This document shows positions 11,654 to 25,200 of a stretch of 64,000 nucleotides of DNA, piece by piece. Position numbers and translations under genes: made by a program. Source of the stretch: Macrostomum hystrix (taxonomy: Eukaryota; Animalia; Platyhelminthes). The first letter of the stretch is position 1. The number at the start of each line of letters is the position of its first letter. Location: the NCBI GenBank assembly GCA_950097015.1, contig CATNEN010000007.1, positions 2,418,001 through 2,482,000 on the forward strand, written 5' to 3'. A model generated the notes under the pieces. The model did no database searches. It saw only the letters and a program-made list of their open reading frames with translations, and had not been told where the DNA came from.

Positions 11654-14600
11654 TTAATGATTGTCTTCGACGCCAAGGGCGTACCGATTGAACCACATAA
11701 CGATGTCGACAAAGACATTCGACTGCACCGGCACAGTGCTCAGGGGATGGCAGTCCTCCGGGCACTCCAGCAGGCGGGTTGGCACGCCGCGCGCCCTCAG
11801 GGCCCGGTAGAACTCGCGGCCCTGCTGCGGTGGCACGCGCAGATCCTTGCGCCCGATGGCCACCAGAGTCGGCGTGGTCACCTTGGCCGCGTGAGACAAC
11901 GGCGACTTGGACCAGAGCAGGGCCAGCGACTCGGCATCGGGCAGGCGGTCGTGGCTGAACGGCAGGCCGCACTGCTCGTAGACCCAGTCGGGAATGTCGG
12001 AGCTGCCAATCATGGTGGTCAGGTTGATGACGGGGTTGCGCATCACCGCCGCTTTGAATAGGCCCGGCCGCTGGCCAATCAGGTGGCCGGTGAGGAAGCC
12101 GCCGTGAGAGCCGCCGAACACGGCCAGACAGCCGGGGTCCAGGCGGGGCCGACCTTCAGTTGACTTCTGCGAGAACTCGGCCAGGGTCTCCTCCACCGCC
12201 TGCAGGCAGTCGGACACGTCGCGTTCACCGATGCCGCCGAGTAGCGAGTCGACGGTGGACTTGCCGAAGCCCAGGGAGCCCCGGTAGTTGATGAGGAGAA
12301 CAGCGTAGCCGCACCTGGCCGGAGGGTGGGTGGGTGCGAGTGTCTGCGACCTCTCTGAGTTGTGCTGTAAGCGCAGATTGCTTTTCATACAACTTCAAGT
12401 GGCTGGCTCGAGTTTCTTTCTATTGTTCCACTGAGAGCAAGCTTGAGTGTCAGATAATCAACGTACAACTATTCAGTCCATGGACTGGGCCGGGAGCCGC
12501 CACACCCACTCGAATTTCTACCGCAGCAGATGCTCGTTCCTAAATAATTTTTTCGCTCAAGGATACGAATGGTTCGCCCAAGGTCTAAGATTCGAACTTC
12601 AGACCTCTCACCGACCACCGAGGCTCTGACTGTTGTGTCACTGTTCAATACCAGTACGCATTTGTGACTGCACACCGCACTATGGATCGCAATTCAATAT
12701 ACAAATATGAAAGTGGAGAGCGGGGTCGGTGGCAGAGCGGTCAACGCGTTTGCCTCTCGCGCCAATGTCCCGGAGCTCTATTCCGCGTAGAGACCACTTT
12801 CATTTAGTGCGTAGCCGCTGAAAGAAGGCCTGGAGGCTTGTCGCGTGGAATTTACGCCCCTGAGGGCCTCCAAGGCACATCAAGAGTGTACAGTTCCTGA
12901 TGATGAGAAAGTCAGGGCAGATGTACACACCTGTGTGAGTGTGTGCCTGCGTACATTATCTGTGTGAGTGTGTGCTCAGGAGTCAGCGAAATGGGCAGAA
13001 TTGCCTCCGCGCTGGCTGCGGGTCTAGTGTCACCAAACGATGTACCAATTCCCACAGCCCTCCTGAAAAAAGTATAATTATTAAGATGGATAGCCGACTC
13101 AACTTAGAGTTTAGTCTAACTACCTACGACTAGTATCTGCCTGGTCCTTGCTAAAGTATATTAAACCAGCAGGCTTAGCTATCTCTCATTTACATCAGCA
13201 ATCTATGGGCCGCAAGTTCACCTCTATCTACTCCGTAAGAAAGTATCATTTAAGACAAGTGGTCCCAGAGCCCGCTCGCCCACCTCACTAGCCCGCAGAC
13301 GTAGCGCATGTAGACGGTGGTGAATGCAGTATTTGGTCCGCCGTGCGGAAAAGCCACCAACGGCACTGCGGCGTCGTCTGCCTCGGCATTGGAGGCCGAC
13401 TCAGCCTTCTCATCGTCGCCCTTCTTGCTCTCCTTGGCCCTGCTGTCGGCTGCAGGCCAGACCAGAATGGACTCGAACAGCTGATTGCCGAACTCCGGGT
13501 GGGCCAGACTGGCCGTGTGCTGCTTCACTCGCCAGCCGATGTCGTCCAGCCTGGCGCACTCTGTCAGGCAGGTCCAGCGAATGTTGGAGGTCAGCGGTTT
13601 GGACGGGTCAACAAAGCCGGCGGTGATGAACGGCGGCACGTTTGGCGCGCTGGCTTCCACAATGAGCCAATCGCGGTGAAAGTCCAGCACACGGACGCTG
13701 CTGGCTCCCTGCGGCAGGGGCAGCATCTCGCCCAGCTTAGTCTTGACGTCGATGGCCAGCAGGCTGTCGTTGCTGCGGTTGTTGCTATCCAGAATCACCG
13801 TGCGACAGTTTGACGACCAGCAACGGGGCGGCAGGTTGCCGGAGTAGATTCCGGGAAATCCCGTGCTGCCCGCCTGAAACAGAATGAGGGCGAACATGAG
13901 AACATGCTTTCATGGGAGTGAAGACTGAAAGGAAGCCAGAACTGAGGCCTGAAATGAAGCCTGAACTGAGGCCTGAAATGAAGCCAGAGCTGAGGCCTGA
14001 AATGAAGCCAGAACTGAGGCCTGAAATGAAGCCAGAACTGAGGCCTGAAATGAAGCCAGAACTGAGGCCTGAAATGAAGCCAGAACTGAGGCCTGAAATG
14101 AAGCCTGAAATGAAGCCTGAACTGAGGCCTGAAATGAAGCCTGAACTGAGGCCTGAAATGAGGCCTGAACTGAGGCCTGAAATGAAGCCTGAACTGAGGC
14201 CTGAAATGAAGCCAGAACTGAGGCCTGAAATGAAGCCAGAACTGAGGCCTGAAATGAAGCCTGAACTGAGGCCTGAAATGAAGCCAGAACTGAGGCCTGA
14301 AATGAAGCCAGAACTGAGGCCTGAAATGAAGCCAGAACTGAGGCCTGAAATGAAGCCTTAACTGAGGCCTGAAATGAAGCCTGAGTTAAAGGCACAGAGG
14401 AATCCGATATTGTTCTGCAGTGAGTCCCGGTTCTGACATATGACAATGCATACCTGATGCACAAAGTCGATTATGACCCGGATGTCCTTAGTGGCCCAGT
14501 CACACCAAATCAGCCGCCGACACTGGGCGTGGGCGCCGGAAGGCTCGTTCTGCAGCCAGATAAGCTGCTTCTGGCAGGGGCTGAAGCGAGGCGCCGAGAC

Positions 14601-16131
14601 AGCGCGACAGTCGTGACCGACAATGATGCATTCGTTAGTTTGAAAGTGCAGATAATAGACAGAGGAGGGTCGCTGCTCGCAGTAGATTATGCCCAGCTGG
14701 TAAGGCAGTTTTCTATAGCCCACAAACACGATGCCAGTGTCATCCGGGGCCCAGTACGGCTGGGTGGGCAGGGCGTCCTCCGGGATGCCCTCGTCTAGCA
14801 CGGTAATCACCTCCGAGTCGATGTCCAGTGTGCACAGCACGGGCCGCTTGTACTCGGAGAGTTGCTCGCCAAAATTCTCCTCTGAGTCGTATTGCTGGCC
14901 GACAGACTTCGGGTCGCCGGATCTGGCGCTGGTTAGAGAAGGATAGATAATTGAGCATGTCGCGATGGGGATACAAAATAGAGCAGACGAAGACAAGGAA
15001 ACAAAGCCAAAGACAGGAAACATGCATGGAATAAGCTGGCAGAGAATATTTTAGACAGATAATAATAATTGATTACACCTGCCTCAATTAAGCCGGATGT
15101 GCAGCCCACAGCACAGCCGCAGCTATTGCGCAGTGCAATCTGAAGGCTGCGTACAGCTGTTCAGTCCATGGACTGGGGGGACGCCACACCCACCCTCAAT
15201 TACCCCAGCTGATGCTGGCACCCATTTTACAGCTGGGTGAACTGAAGCAATGCAGAGTTAAGTGTCTTGCTAAAGGACACAAATTGTTCCTGTGGAGTCG
15301 GGAATCGAACCACCGACCTTCAAGTCGTGAGTCCGACGCCCTAACCACTAGGCTACAGACAGTAGACAGATACTGTCTACATAGACAGATAGATAGACAG
15401 GCAAAGTGTGAGTTTGACAGACAGTGTGACAGTCGAAGAGAATAAGTGTGGCAGCATGACAGACAGCTTAGCAGACAAAAAATGTCTGACAGAAACACAA
15501 AGAAACACAAGAAACCACAAACAGCCACAAGAAAATTAGAGAAACCTACTCAGATAAAAAAAAATAAAGTAGTCACAAAGAAGTAGCAAGCACAAACTCA
15601 CTTGCCAGCATCCTCGTTAGCGGCGAAATAAGACAGCTTCTTTGGCTGCTTCTTCTCGGCAACGTACAGCAGGTGGCCCTCGTTGTAGGACCACTGGCAG
15701 GCGCCCAGATCGGGGCCGTACACAGCGCCGTGCTTGGCCTTCTCGCTCAGGTCGATGCTCTTCACAAAGCGTGACTCGTTGTAGATGTGCGCCACAAATT
15801 TTTCGGCGCTGTCGCCGCCATTCTCGGGCTTCAGCTTGAGGATCACGGCCCGGTGATCGCCGCCGCTGCAGTGGACATCCCAGAGGGTGGCCGGGTCGCG
15901 CAGGACGGGATCAGAGTCCACCAGATCGCCGCTAGGTAGAACTACAGCGGTCTTGACTAGAGTTCGATTCTTCTGGCTGGCCAGGTCCTGCACCTGATAG
16001 ACGCAGCGAGCCCTGATGGCGTCGCTGAACGGGCAGGGAGGCAGCAGCTGGGCTGACTGCGGCACGGGGTAGGCTGCCAGATCAGTGTACACCTTGGCCA
16101 CCTCACTGGCTGATTTGGCTGATGACTTCAT
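11654..16131 (-). CDS. APEH: Acylamino-acid-releasing enzyme (acylpeptide hydrolase, S9 family), 751 aa, 4 exons
   Basis: Exons 16131-15602, 14928-14454, 13873-13284 and 12314-11654 have GT-AG ends and matching phases (2256 nt in total). The protein is colinear with APEH: [24 protein letters not shown], catalytic GGSHGG Ser, DLRVP Asp and DCHPLS His. Confidence 0.96.
12455..12625 (-). mobile_element. Diverged relative of SINE family B in APEH intron 3
   Basis: Shares ttcagtccatggactggg...gccacacccac and a degenerate gattcgaac B-box with family B. Confidence 0.5.
12713..13065 (+). mobile_element. tRNA-derived SINE family A in APEH intron 3
   Basis: Head gtcggtggcagagcggtcaacgcgtttgcctctcgc...; the body matches the other two full copies in the opposite orientation. 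Confidence 0.8.
13935..14385. repeat. 24-bp minisatellite CTGAGGCCTGAAATGAAGCCAGAA in APEH intron 2
   Basis: About 18 units lying entirely between splice sites 14453 and 13874. Confidence 0.95.
15059..15358 (-). mobile_element. CORE-type SINE family B in APEH intron 1
   Basis: Near-identical to 9266-9575. Confidence 0.85.
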
Positions 16132-16250
16132 TGCGATCAGAGAGACAACTTGAGCTGGATTTGCTGATAGAAATTTTAGGCTTTGATTGGAGAGGCCAGA
16201 TGAACTCAATAGTATTCGACTGAAGAGTGCGGACAGCTGCAGCTGGAATT

Positions 16251-19200
16251 CAATGGTGTTCTGGTCACAGTCCAATTAAGGTCAATGGTGTTCTGGTCAC
16301 AGTCCAATTAAGGTCAATGGTGTTCTGGTCACAGTCCAATTAAGGTCAATGGTGTTCTGGTCACAGTCCAATTAAGGTCAATGGTGTTCTGGTCACAGTC
16401 CAATTAAGGTGAATGGTGTTCTGGTCACAGTCCAATTAAGGTGAATGGTTTTCTGGTCACAGTCCAATTAAGGTGAATGGTGTTCTGGTCACAGTCCAAT
16501 TAAGGTGAATGGTGTTCTGGTCACAGTCCAATTAAGGTGAATGGTTTTCTGGTCACAGTCCAATTAAGGTGAATGGTGTTCTCGTCACAGTCTAATACAG
16601 GTGAATGGTGTGCTGGTCAGTCTAATACAGATGAATGGTGTTCTCGTCACAGTCTAATACAGGTGAATGGTGTTCTGGTCAGTCTAATACAGTTGAATGG
16701 TGTGCTGGTCACAGTCTAATACAGGTGAATGGTGAGCTGGTCAGTCTAATACAGTTGAATGGTGTGCTGGTCACAGTCTAATACAGGTGAATGGTGTGCT
16801 GGTCACAGTCTAATACAGGTGAATGGTGAGCTGGTCAGTCTAATACAGGTGAATGGTGTGCTGGTCACAGTCTAATACAGGTGAATGGTGTGCTGGTCAC
16901 AGTCTAATACAGGTGAATGGTGAGCTGGTCACAGTCTAATACAGGTGAATGGTGTGCTGGTCAGTCTAATACAGGTGAATGGTGAGCTGGTCAGTCTAAT
17001 ACAGTTGAATGGTGTGCTGGTCACAGTCTAATACAGGTGAATGGTGTGCTGGTCACAGTCTAATACAGGTGAATGGTGAGCTGGTCAGTCTAATACAGGT
17101 GAATGGTGTGCTGGTCAGTCTAATACAGGTGAATGGTGTGCTGGTCAGTCTAATACAGGTGAATGGTGTGCTGGTCAGTCTAATGCAGGTGAATGGTGTG
17201 CTGGTCAGTCTAATACAGGTGAATCGTGTTCTGGTCACAGTCTAATACAGGTGAATGGTGTGCTGGTCAGTCTAATACAGGTGAATCGTGTTCTGGTCAC
17301 AGTCTAATACAGGTGAATGGTGTGCTGGTCAGTCTAATACAGGTGAATGGTGTGCTGGTCAGTCTAATACAGGTGAATGGTGTGCTGGTCAGTCTAATAC
17401 AGGTGAATGGTGTGCTGGTCACAGTCTAATACAGGTGAATGGTGTGCTGGTCAGTCTAATACAGGTGAATGGTGTGCTGGTCAGTCTAATACAGGTGAAT
17501 GGTGTGCTGGTCAGTCTAATACAGGTGAATGGTGAGCTGGTCAGTCTAATACAGGTGAATCGTGTTCTGGTCACAGTCTAATACAGGTGAATCGTGTGCT
17601 GGTCACAGTCTAATACAGGTGAATCGTGTTCTGGTCACAGTCTAATACAGGTGAATGGTGTGCTGGTCAGTCTAATACAGGTGAATGGTGTGCTGGTCAG
17701 TCTAATACAGGTGAATGGTGTGCTGGTCAGTCTAATACAGGTGAATGGTGTGCTGGTCAGTCTAATACAGGTGAATGGTGTGCTGGTCAGTCTAATACAG
17801 GTGAATCGTGTTCTGGTCACAGTCTAATACAGGTGAATCGTGTTCTGGTCACAGTCTAATACAGGTGAATCGTGTTCTGGTCACAGTCTAATACAGGTGA
17901 ATGGTGTGCTGGTCAGTCTAATACAGGTGAATGGTGTGCTGGTCAGTCTAATACAGGTGAATGGTGTTCTGGTCAGTCTAATACAGGTGAATGGTGTGCT
18001 GGTCAGTCTAATACAGGTGAATGGTGTGCTGGTCAGTCTAATACAGGTGAATGGTGTTCTGGTCAGTCTAATACAGGTGAATGGTGTGCTGGTCAGTCTA
18101 ATACAGGTGAATGGTGTGCTGGTCAGTCTAATACAGGTGAATGGTGAGCTGGTCAGTCTAATACAGGTGAATCGTGTTCTGGTCACAGTCTAATACAGGT
18201 GAATCGTGTTCTGGTCACATTCTAATACAGGTGAATGGTGTGCTGGTCAGTCTAATACAGGTGAATCGTGTTCTGGTCACATTCTAATACAGGTGAATCG
18301 TGTTCTGGTCACAGTCTAATACAGGTGAATCGTGTTCTGGTCAGTCTAATACAGGTGAATCGTGTTCTGGTCACAGTCTAATACAGGTGAATCGTGTTCT
18401 GGTCACAGTCTAATACAGGTGAATCGTGTTCTGGTCACAGTCTAATACAGGTGAATGGTGTGCTGGTCAGTCTAATACAGGTGAATGGTGTGCTGGTCAG
18501 TCTAATACAGGTGAATGGTGAGCTGGTCACAGTCTAATACAGGTGAATCGTGTTCTGGTCACAGTCTAATACAGTTGAATCGTGTTCTGGTCACAGTCTA
18601 ATACAGGTGAATCGTGTTCTGGTCAGTCTAATACAGGTGAATCGTGTTCTGGTCACAGTCTAATACAGGTGAATCGTGTTCTGGTCACAGTCTAATACAG
18701 GTGAATCGTGTTCTGGTCACAGTCTAATACAGGTGAATGGTGTGCTGGTCAGTCTAATACAGGTGAATGGTGTGCTGGTCAGTCTAATACAGGTGAATGG
18801 TGTGCTGGTCAGTCTAATACAGGTGAATGGTGAGCTGGTCAGTCTAATACAGGTGAATCGTGTTCTGGTCACAGTCTAATACAGGTGAATCGTGTTCTGG
18901 TCAGTCTAATACAGGTGAATCGTGTTCTGGTCACAGTCTAATACAGGTGAATGGTGTGCTGGTCAGTCTAATACAGGTGAATGGTGTGCTGGTCAGTCTA
19001 ATACAGGTGAATGGTGTGCTGGTCAGTCTAATACAGGTGAATCGTGTTCTGGTCACAGTCTAATACAGGTGAATCGTGTTCTGGTCACATTCTAATACAG
19101 GTGAATGGTGTGCTGGTCAGTCTAATACAGGTGAATGGTGTGCTGGTCAGTCTAATACAGGTGAATGGTGAGCTGGTCAGTCTAATACAGGTGAATGGTG

Positions 19201-22200
19201 AGCTGGTCAGTCTAATACAGGTGAATCGTGTTCTGGTCACAGTCTAATACAGGTGAATCGTGTTCTGGTCAGTCTAATACAGGTGAATCGTGTTCTGGTC
19301 ACAGTCTAATACAGGTGAATGGTGTGCTGGTCAGTCTAATACAGGTGAATGGTGTGCTGGTCAGTCTAATACAGGTGAATGGTGTGCTGGTCAGTCTAAT
19401 ACAGGTGAATCGTGTTCTGGTCACAGTCTAATACAGGTGAATCGTGTTCTGGTCACATTCTAATACAGGTGAATGGTGTGCTGGTCAGTCTAATACAGGT
19501 GAATGGTGTGCTGGTCAGTCTAATACAGGTGAATGGTGTGCTGGTCAGTCTAATACAGGTGAATCGTGTTCTGGTCACAGTCTAATACAGGTGAATCGTG
19601 TTCTGGTCACAGTCTAATACAGGTGAATCGTGTTCTGGTCACATTCTAATACAGGTGAATGGTGTGCTGGTCAGTCTAATACAGGTGAATCGTGTTCTGG
19701 TCACATTCTAATACAGGTGAATCGTGTTCTGGTCACAGTCTAATACAGGTGAATCGTGTTCTGGTCACAGTCTAATACAGGTGAATCGTGTTCTGGTCAC
19801 ATTCTAATACAGGTGAATGGTGTGCTGGTCAGTCTAATACAGGTGAATGGTGTGCTGGTCAGTCTAATACAGGTGAATCGTGTTCTGGTCACAGTCTAAT
19901 ACAGGTGAATGGTGTGCTGGTCAGTCTAATACAGGTGAATGGTGTGCTGGTCACAGTCTAATACAGGTGAATGGTGTGCTGGTCAGTCTAATACAGGTGA
20001 ATGGTGTGCTGGTCAGTCTAATACAGGTGAATCGTGTTCTGGTCACAGTCTAATACAGGTGAATGGTGTGCTGGTCAGTCTAATACAGGTGAATCGTGTT
20101 CTGGTCACAGTCTAATACAGGTGAATGGTGTGCTGGTCAGTCTAATACAGGTGAATGGTGTTCTGGTCACATTCTAATACAGGTGAATGGTGTGCTGGTC
20201 AGTCTAATACAGGTGAATCGTGTTCTGGTCACATTCTAATACAGGTGAATCGTGTGCTGGTCACAGTCTAATACAGGTGAATCGTGTTCTGGTCACAGTC
20301 TAATACAGGTGAATCGTGTTCTGGTCACAGTCTAATACAGGTGAATGGTGTGCTGGTCAGTCTAATACAGGTGAATGGTGTGCTGGTCAGTCTAATACAG
20401 GTGAATCGTGTTCTGGTCACAGTCTAATACAGGTGAATCGTGTTCTGGTCACAGTCTAATACAGGTGAATCGTGTTCTGGTCACAGTCTAATACAGGTGA
20501 ATGGTGTGCTGGTCAGTCTAATACAGGTGAATGGTGTGCTGGTCAGTCTAATACAGGTGAATCGTGTTCTGGTCACAGTCTAATACAGGTGAATGGTGTG
20601 CTGGTCAGTCTAATACAGGTGAATGGTGTGCTGGTCAGTCTAATACAGGTGAATGGTGTGCTGGTCAGTCTAATACAGGTGAATGGTGTGCTGGTCACAG
20701 TCTAATACAGGTGAATCGTGTGCTGGTCACAGTCTAATACAGGTGAATGGTGTGCTGGTCAGTCTAATACAGGTGAATGGTGTGCTGGTCAGTCTAATAC
20801 AGGTGAATGGTGTGCTGGTCAGTCTAATACAGGTGAATGGTGTTCTGGTCAGTCCAATACAGGTGAATGGTGTGCTGGTCAGTCTAATACAGGTGAATGG
20901 TGTGCTGGTCAGTCTAATACAGGTGAATGGTGTGCTGGTCACAGTCTAATACAGGTGAATGGTGTGCTGGTCAGTCTAATACAGGTGAATCGTGTTCTGG
21001 TCAGTCTAATACAGGTGAATGGTGTGCTGGTCAGTCTAATACAGGTGAATGGTGTGCTGGTCAGTCTAATACAGGTGAATGGTGTGCTGGTCAGTCTAAT
21101 ACAGGTGAATGGTGTGCTGGTCAGTCTAATACAGGTGAATCGGTGTGCTGGTCAGTCTAATACAGGTGAATCGTGTTCTGGTCACAGTCTAATACAGGTG
21201 AATCGTGTTCTGGTCACAGTCTAATACAGGTGAATGGTGTGCTGGTCAGTCTAATACAGGTGAATCGTGTGCTGGTCAGTCTAATACAGGTGAATGGTGT
21301 GCTGGTCAGTCTAATACAGGTGAATCGTGTTCTGGTCACAGTCTAATACAGGTGAATCGTGTTCTGGTCACATTCTAATACAGGTGAATGGTGTTCTGGT
21401 CAGTCTAATACAGGTGAATGGTGTGCTGGTCAGTCTAATACAGGTGAATGGTGTGCTGGTCAGTCTAATACAGGTGAATCGGTGAGCTGGTCAGTCTAAT
21501 ACAGGTGAATCGTGTTCTGGTCACAGTCTAATACAGGTGAATCGTGTTCTGGTCACAGTCTAATACAGGTGAATGGTGTGCTGGTCAGTCTAATACAGGT
21601 GAATCGTGTTCTGGTCACATTCTAATACAGGTGAATGGTGTGCTGGTCAGTCTAATACAGGTGAATCGTGTGCTGGTCAGTCTAATACAGGTGAATCGTG
21701 TGCTGGTCACAGTCTAATACAGGTGAATCGTGTTCTGGTCACAGTCTAATACAGGTGAATCGTGTTCTGGTCACATTCTAATACAGGTGAATGGTGTGCT
21801 GGTCAGTCTAATACAGGTGAATGGTGTTCTGGTCACAGTCTAATACAGGTGAATGGTGAGCTGGTCAGTCTAATACAGGTGAATGGTGAGCTGGTCTCTA
21901 CAGGTGATCTTCTGGTCACAGTCTAATACAGGTGAATCGTGTTCTGGTCAGTCTAATACAGGTGAATCGTGTTCTGGTCACAGTCTAATACAGGTGAATG
22001 GTGTGCTGGTCAGTCTAATACAGGTGAATGGTGTGCTGGTCAGTCTAATACAGGTGAATGGTGTGCTGGTCAGTCTAATACAGGTGAATCGTGTTCTGGT
22101 CACAGTCTAATACAGGTGAATCGGTGTTCTGGTCACATTCTAATACAGGTGAATGGTGTGCTGGTCAGTCTAATACAGGTGAATGGTGTGCTGGTCAAGT

Positions 22201-25200
22201 CTAATACAGGTGAATGGTGTGCTGGTCCAGTCTAATACAGGGTGAATCGTGTTCTGGTCACAGTCTAATACAGGTGAATCGTGTTCTGGTCACAGTCTAA
22301 TACAGGTGAATCGTGTTCTGGTCACAGTCTAATACAGGTGAATGGTGTGCTGGTCAGTCTAATTACAGGTGAATGGTGTGCTGGTCACAGTCTAATACAG
22401 GTGAATGGTGTGCTGGTCACAGTCTAATACAGGTGAATCGTGTGCTGGTCACAGTCTAATACAGGTGAATCGGTGTGCTGGTCAGTCTAATACAGGTGAA
22501 TGGTGTGCTGGTCAGTCTAATACAGGTGAATGGTGTTCTGGTCAGTCTAATACAGGTGAATGGTGTGCTGGTCAGTCTAATACAGGTGAATGGTGTGCTG
22601 GTCAGTCTAATACAGGTGAATGGTGTAGCTGGTCAGTCTAATACAGGTGAATGGTGTGCTGGTCAGTCTAATACAGGTGAATCGTGTTCTGGTCACAGTC
22701 TAATACAGGTGAATGGTGTGCTGGTCAGTCTAATACAGGTGAATCGGTGTTCTGGTCAGTCTAATACAGGTGAATGGTGTGCTGGTCAGTCTAATACAGG
22801 TGAATCGTGTGCTGGTCAGTCTAATACAGGTGAATCGTGTGCTGGTCACAGTCTAATACAGGTGAATCGTGTTCTGGTCACAGTCTAATACAGGTGAATG
22901 GTGTTCTGGTCAGTCTAATACAGGTGAATGGTGTGCTGGTCACAGTCTAATACAGGTGAATCGTGTTCTGGTCACATTCTAATACAGGTGAATGGTGTGC
23001 TGGTCAGTCTAATACAGGTGAATCGTGTGCTGGTCAGTCTAATACAGGTGAATCGTGTTATGGTCACATTCTAATACAGGTGAATGGTGTGCTGGTCAGT
23101 CTAATACAGGTGAATCGTGTTCTGGTCACAGTCTAATACAGGTGAATGGTGTGCTGGTCAGTCTAATACAGGTGAATGGTGTGCTGGTCAGTCTAATACA
23201 GGTGAATCGTGTTCTGGTCACATTCTAATACAGGTGAATGGTGTGCTGGTCAGTCTAATACAGGTGAATCGTGTTCTGGTCACAGTCTAATACAGGTGAA
23301 TGGTGTGCTGGTCACAGTCTAATACAGGTGAATGGTGTGCTGGTCAGTCTAATACAGGTGAATCGTGTTCTGGTCACAGTCTAATACAGGTGAATGGTGT
23401 GCTGGTCAGTCTAATACAGGTGAATGGTGTGCTGGTCAGTCTAATACAGGTGAATGGTGTGCTGGTCAGTCTAATACAGGTGAATGGTGTGCTGGTCAGT
23501 CTAATACAGGTGAATGGTGTGCTGGTCAGTCTAATACAGGTGAATGGTGTGCTGGTCAGTCTAATACAGGTGAATCGTGTTCTGGTCACAGTCTAATACA
23601 GGTGAATGGTGTGCTGGTCACAGTCTAATACAGGTGAATGGTGTGCTGGTCAGTCTAATACAGGTGAATCGTGTTCTGGTCACAGTCTAATACAGGTGAA
23701 TGGTGTGCTGGTCAGTCTAATACAGGTGAATGGTGTGCTGGTCAGTCTAATACAGGTGAATGGTGTGCTGGTCAGTCTAATACAGGTGAATGGTGTGCTG
23801 GTCAGTCTAATACAGGTGAATCGTGTTCTGGTCACAGTCTAATACAGGTGAATGGTGAGCTGGTCAGTCTAATACAGGTGAATGGTGTGCTGGTCAGTCT
23901 AATACAGGTGAATGGTGTGCTGGTCAGTCTAATACAGGTGAATCGTGTTCTGGTCACAGTCTAATACAGGTGAATGGTGAGCTGGTCAGTCTAATACAGG
24001 TGAATCGTGTTCTGGTCACAGTCTAATACAGGTGAATGGTGTGCTGGTCAGTCTAATACAGGTGAATGGTGAGCTGGTCAGTCTAATACAGGTGAATCGT
24101 GTTCTGGTCACAGTCTAATACAGGTGAATCGTGTTCTGGTCACAGTCTAATACAGGTGAATCGTGTTCTGGTCACAGTCTAATACAGGTGAATGGTGTGC
24201 TGGTCAGTCTAATACAGGTGAATGGTGTGCTGGTCAGTCTAATACAGGTGAATGGTGTGCTGGTCACAGTCTAATACAGGTGAATCGTGTTCTGGTCACA
24301 GTCTAATACAGGTGAATCGTGTTCTGGTCACAGTCTAATACAGGTGAATGGTGAGCTGGTCAGTCTAATACAGGTGAATGGTGTGCTGGTCACATTCTAA
24401 TACAGGTGAATGGTGAGCTGGTCAGTCTAATACAGGTGAATGGTGTGCTGATCAGTCTAATACAGGTGAATCGTGTTCTGGTCAGTCTAATACAGGTGAA
24501 TGGTGAGCTGGTCAGTCTAATACAGGTGAATGGTGAGCTGGTCAGTCTAATACAGGTGAATGGTGTGCTGGTCAGTCTAATACAGGTGAATGGTGTGCTG
24601 GTCAGTCTAATACAGGTGAATGGTGTGCTGGTCAGTCTAATACAGGTGAATCGTGTTCTGGTCAGTCTAATACAGGTGAATGGTGAGCTGGTCAGTCTAA
24701 TACAGGTGAATGGTGAGCTGGTCAGTCTAATACAGGTGAATGGTGTGCTGGTCAGTCTAATACAGGTGAATGGTGTGCTGGTCAGTCTAATACAGGTGAA
24801 TGGTGAGCTGGTCAGTCTAATACAGGTGAATCGTGTTCTGGTCACAGTCTAATACAGGTGAATGGTGAGCTGGTCAGTCTAATACAGGTGAATGGTGAGC
24901 TGGTCAGTCTAATACAGGTGAATGGTGTGCTGGTCAGTCTAATACAGGTGAATGGTGTGCTGGTCAGTCTAATACAGGTGAATGGTGTGCTGGTCAGTCT
25001 AATACAGGTGAATCGTGTTCTGGTCAGTCTAATACAGGTGAATGGTGAGCTGGTCAGTCTAATACAGGTGAATGGTGAGCTGGTCAGTCTAATACAGGTG
25101 AATGGTGTGCTGGTCAGTCTAATACAGGTGAATGGTGTGCTGGTCAGTCTAATACAGGTGAATGGTGAGCTGGTCAGTCTAATACAGGTGAATCGTGTTC

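Noticed and set aside
10748-12061. 437-aa plus-strand ORF
   Set aside because: It is the 22-bp minisatellite plus the antisense of APEH exon 4.
13912-14464. ELRPEMKP and ASFQASV repeat ORFs
   Set aside because: They lie in APEH intron 2; the flanking exons join in frame without them.
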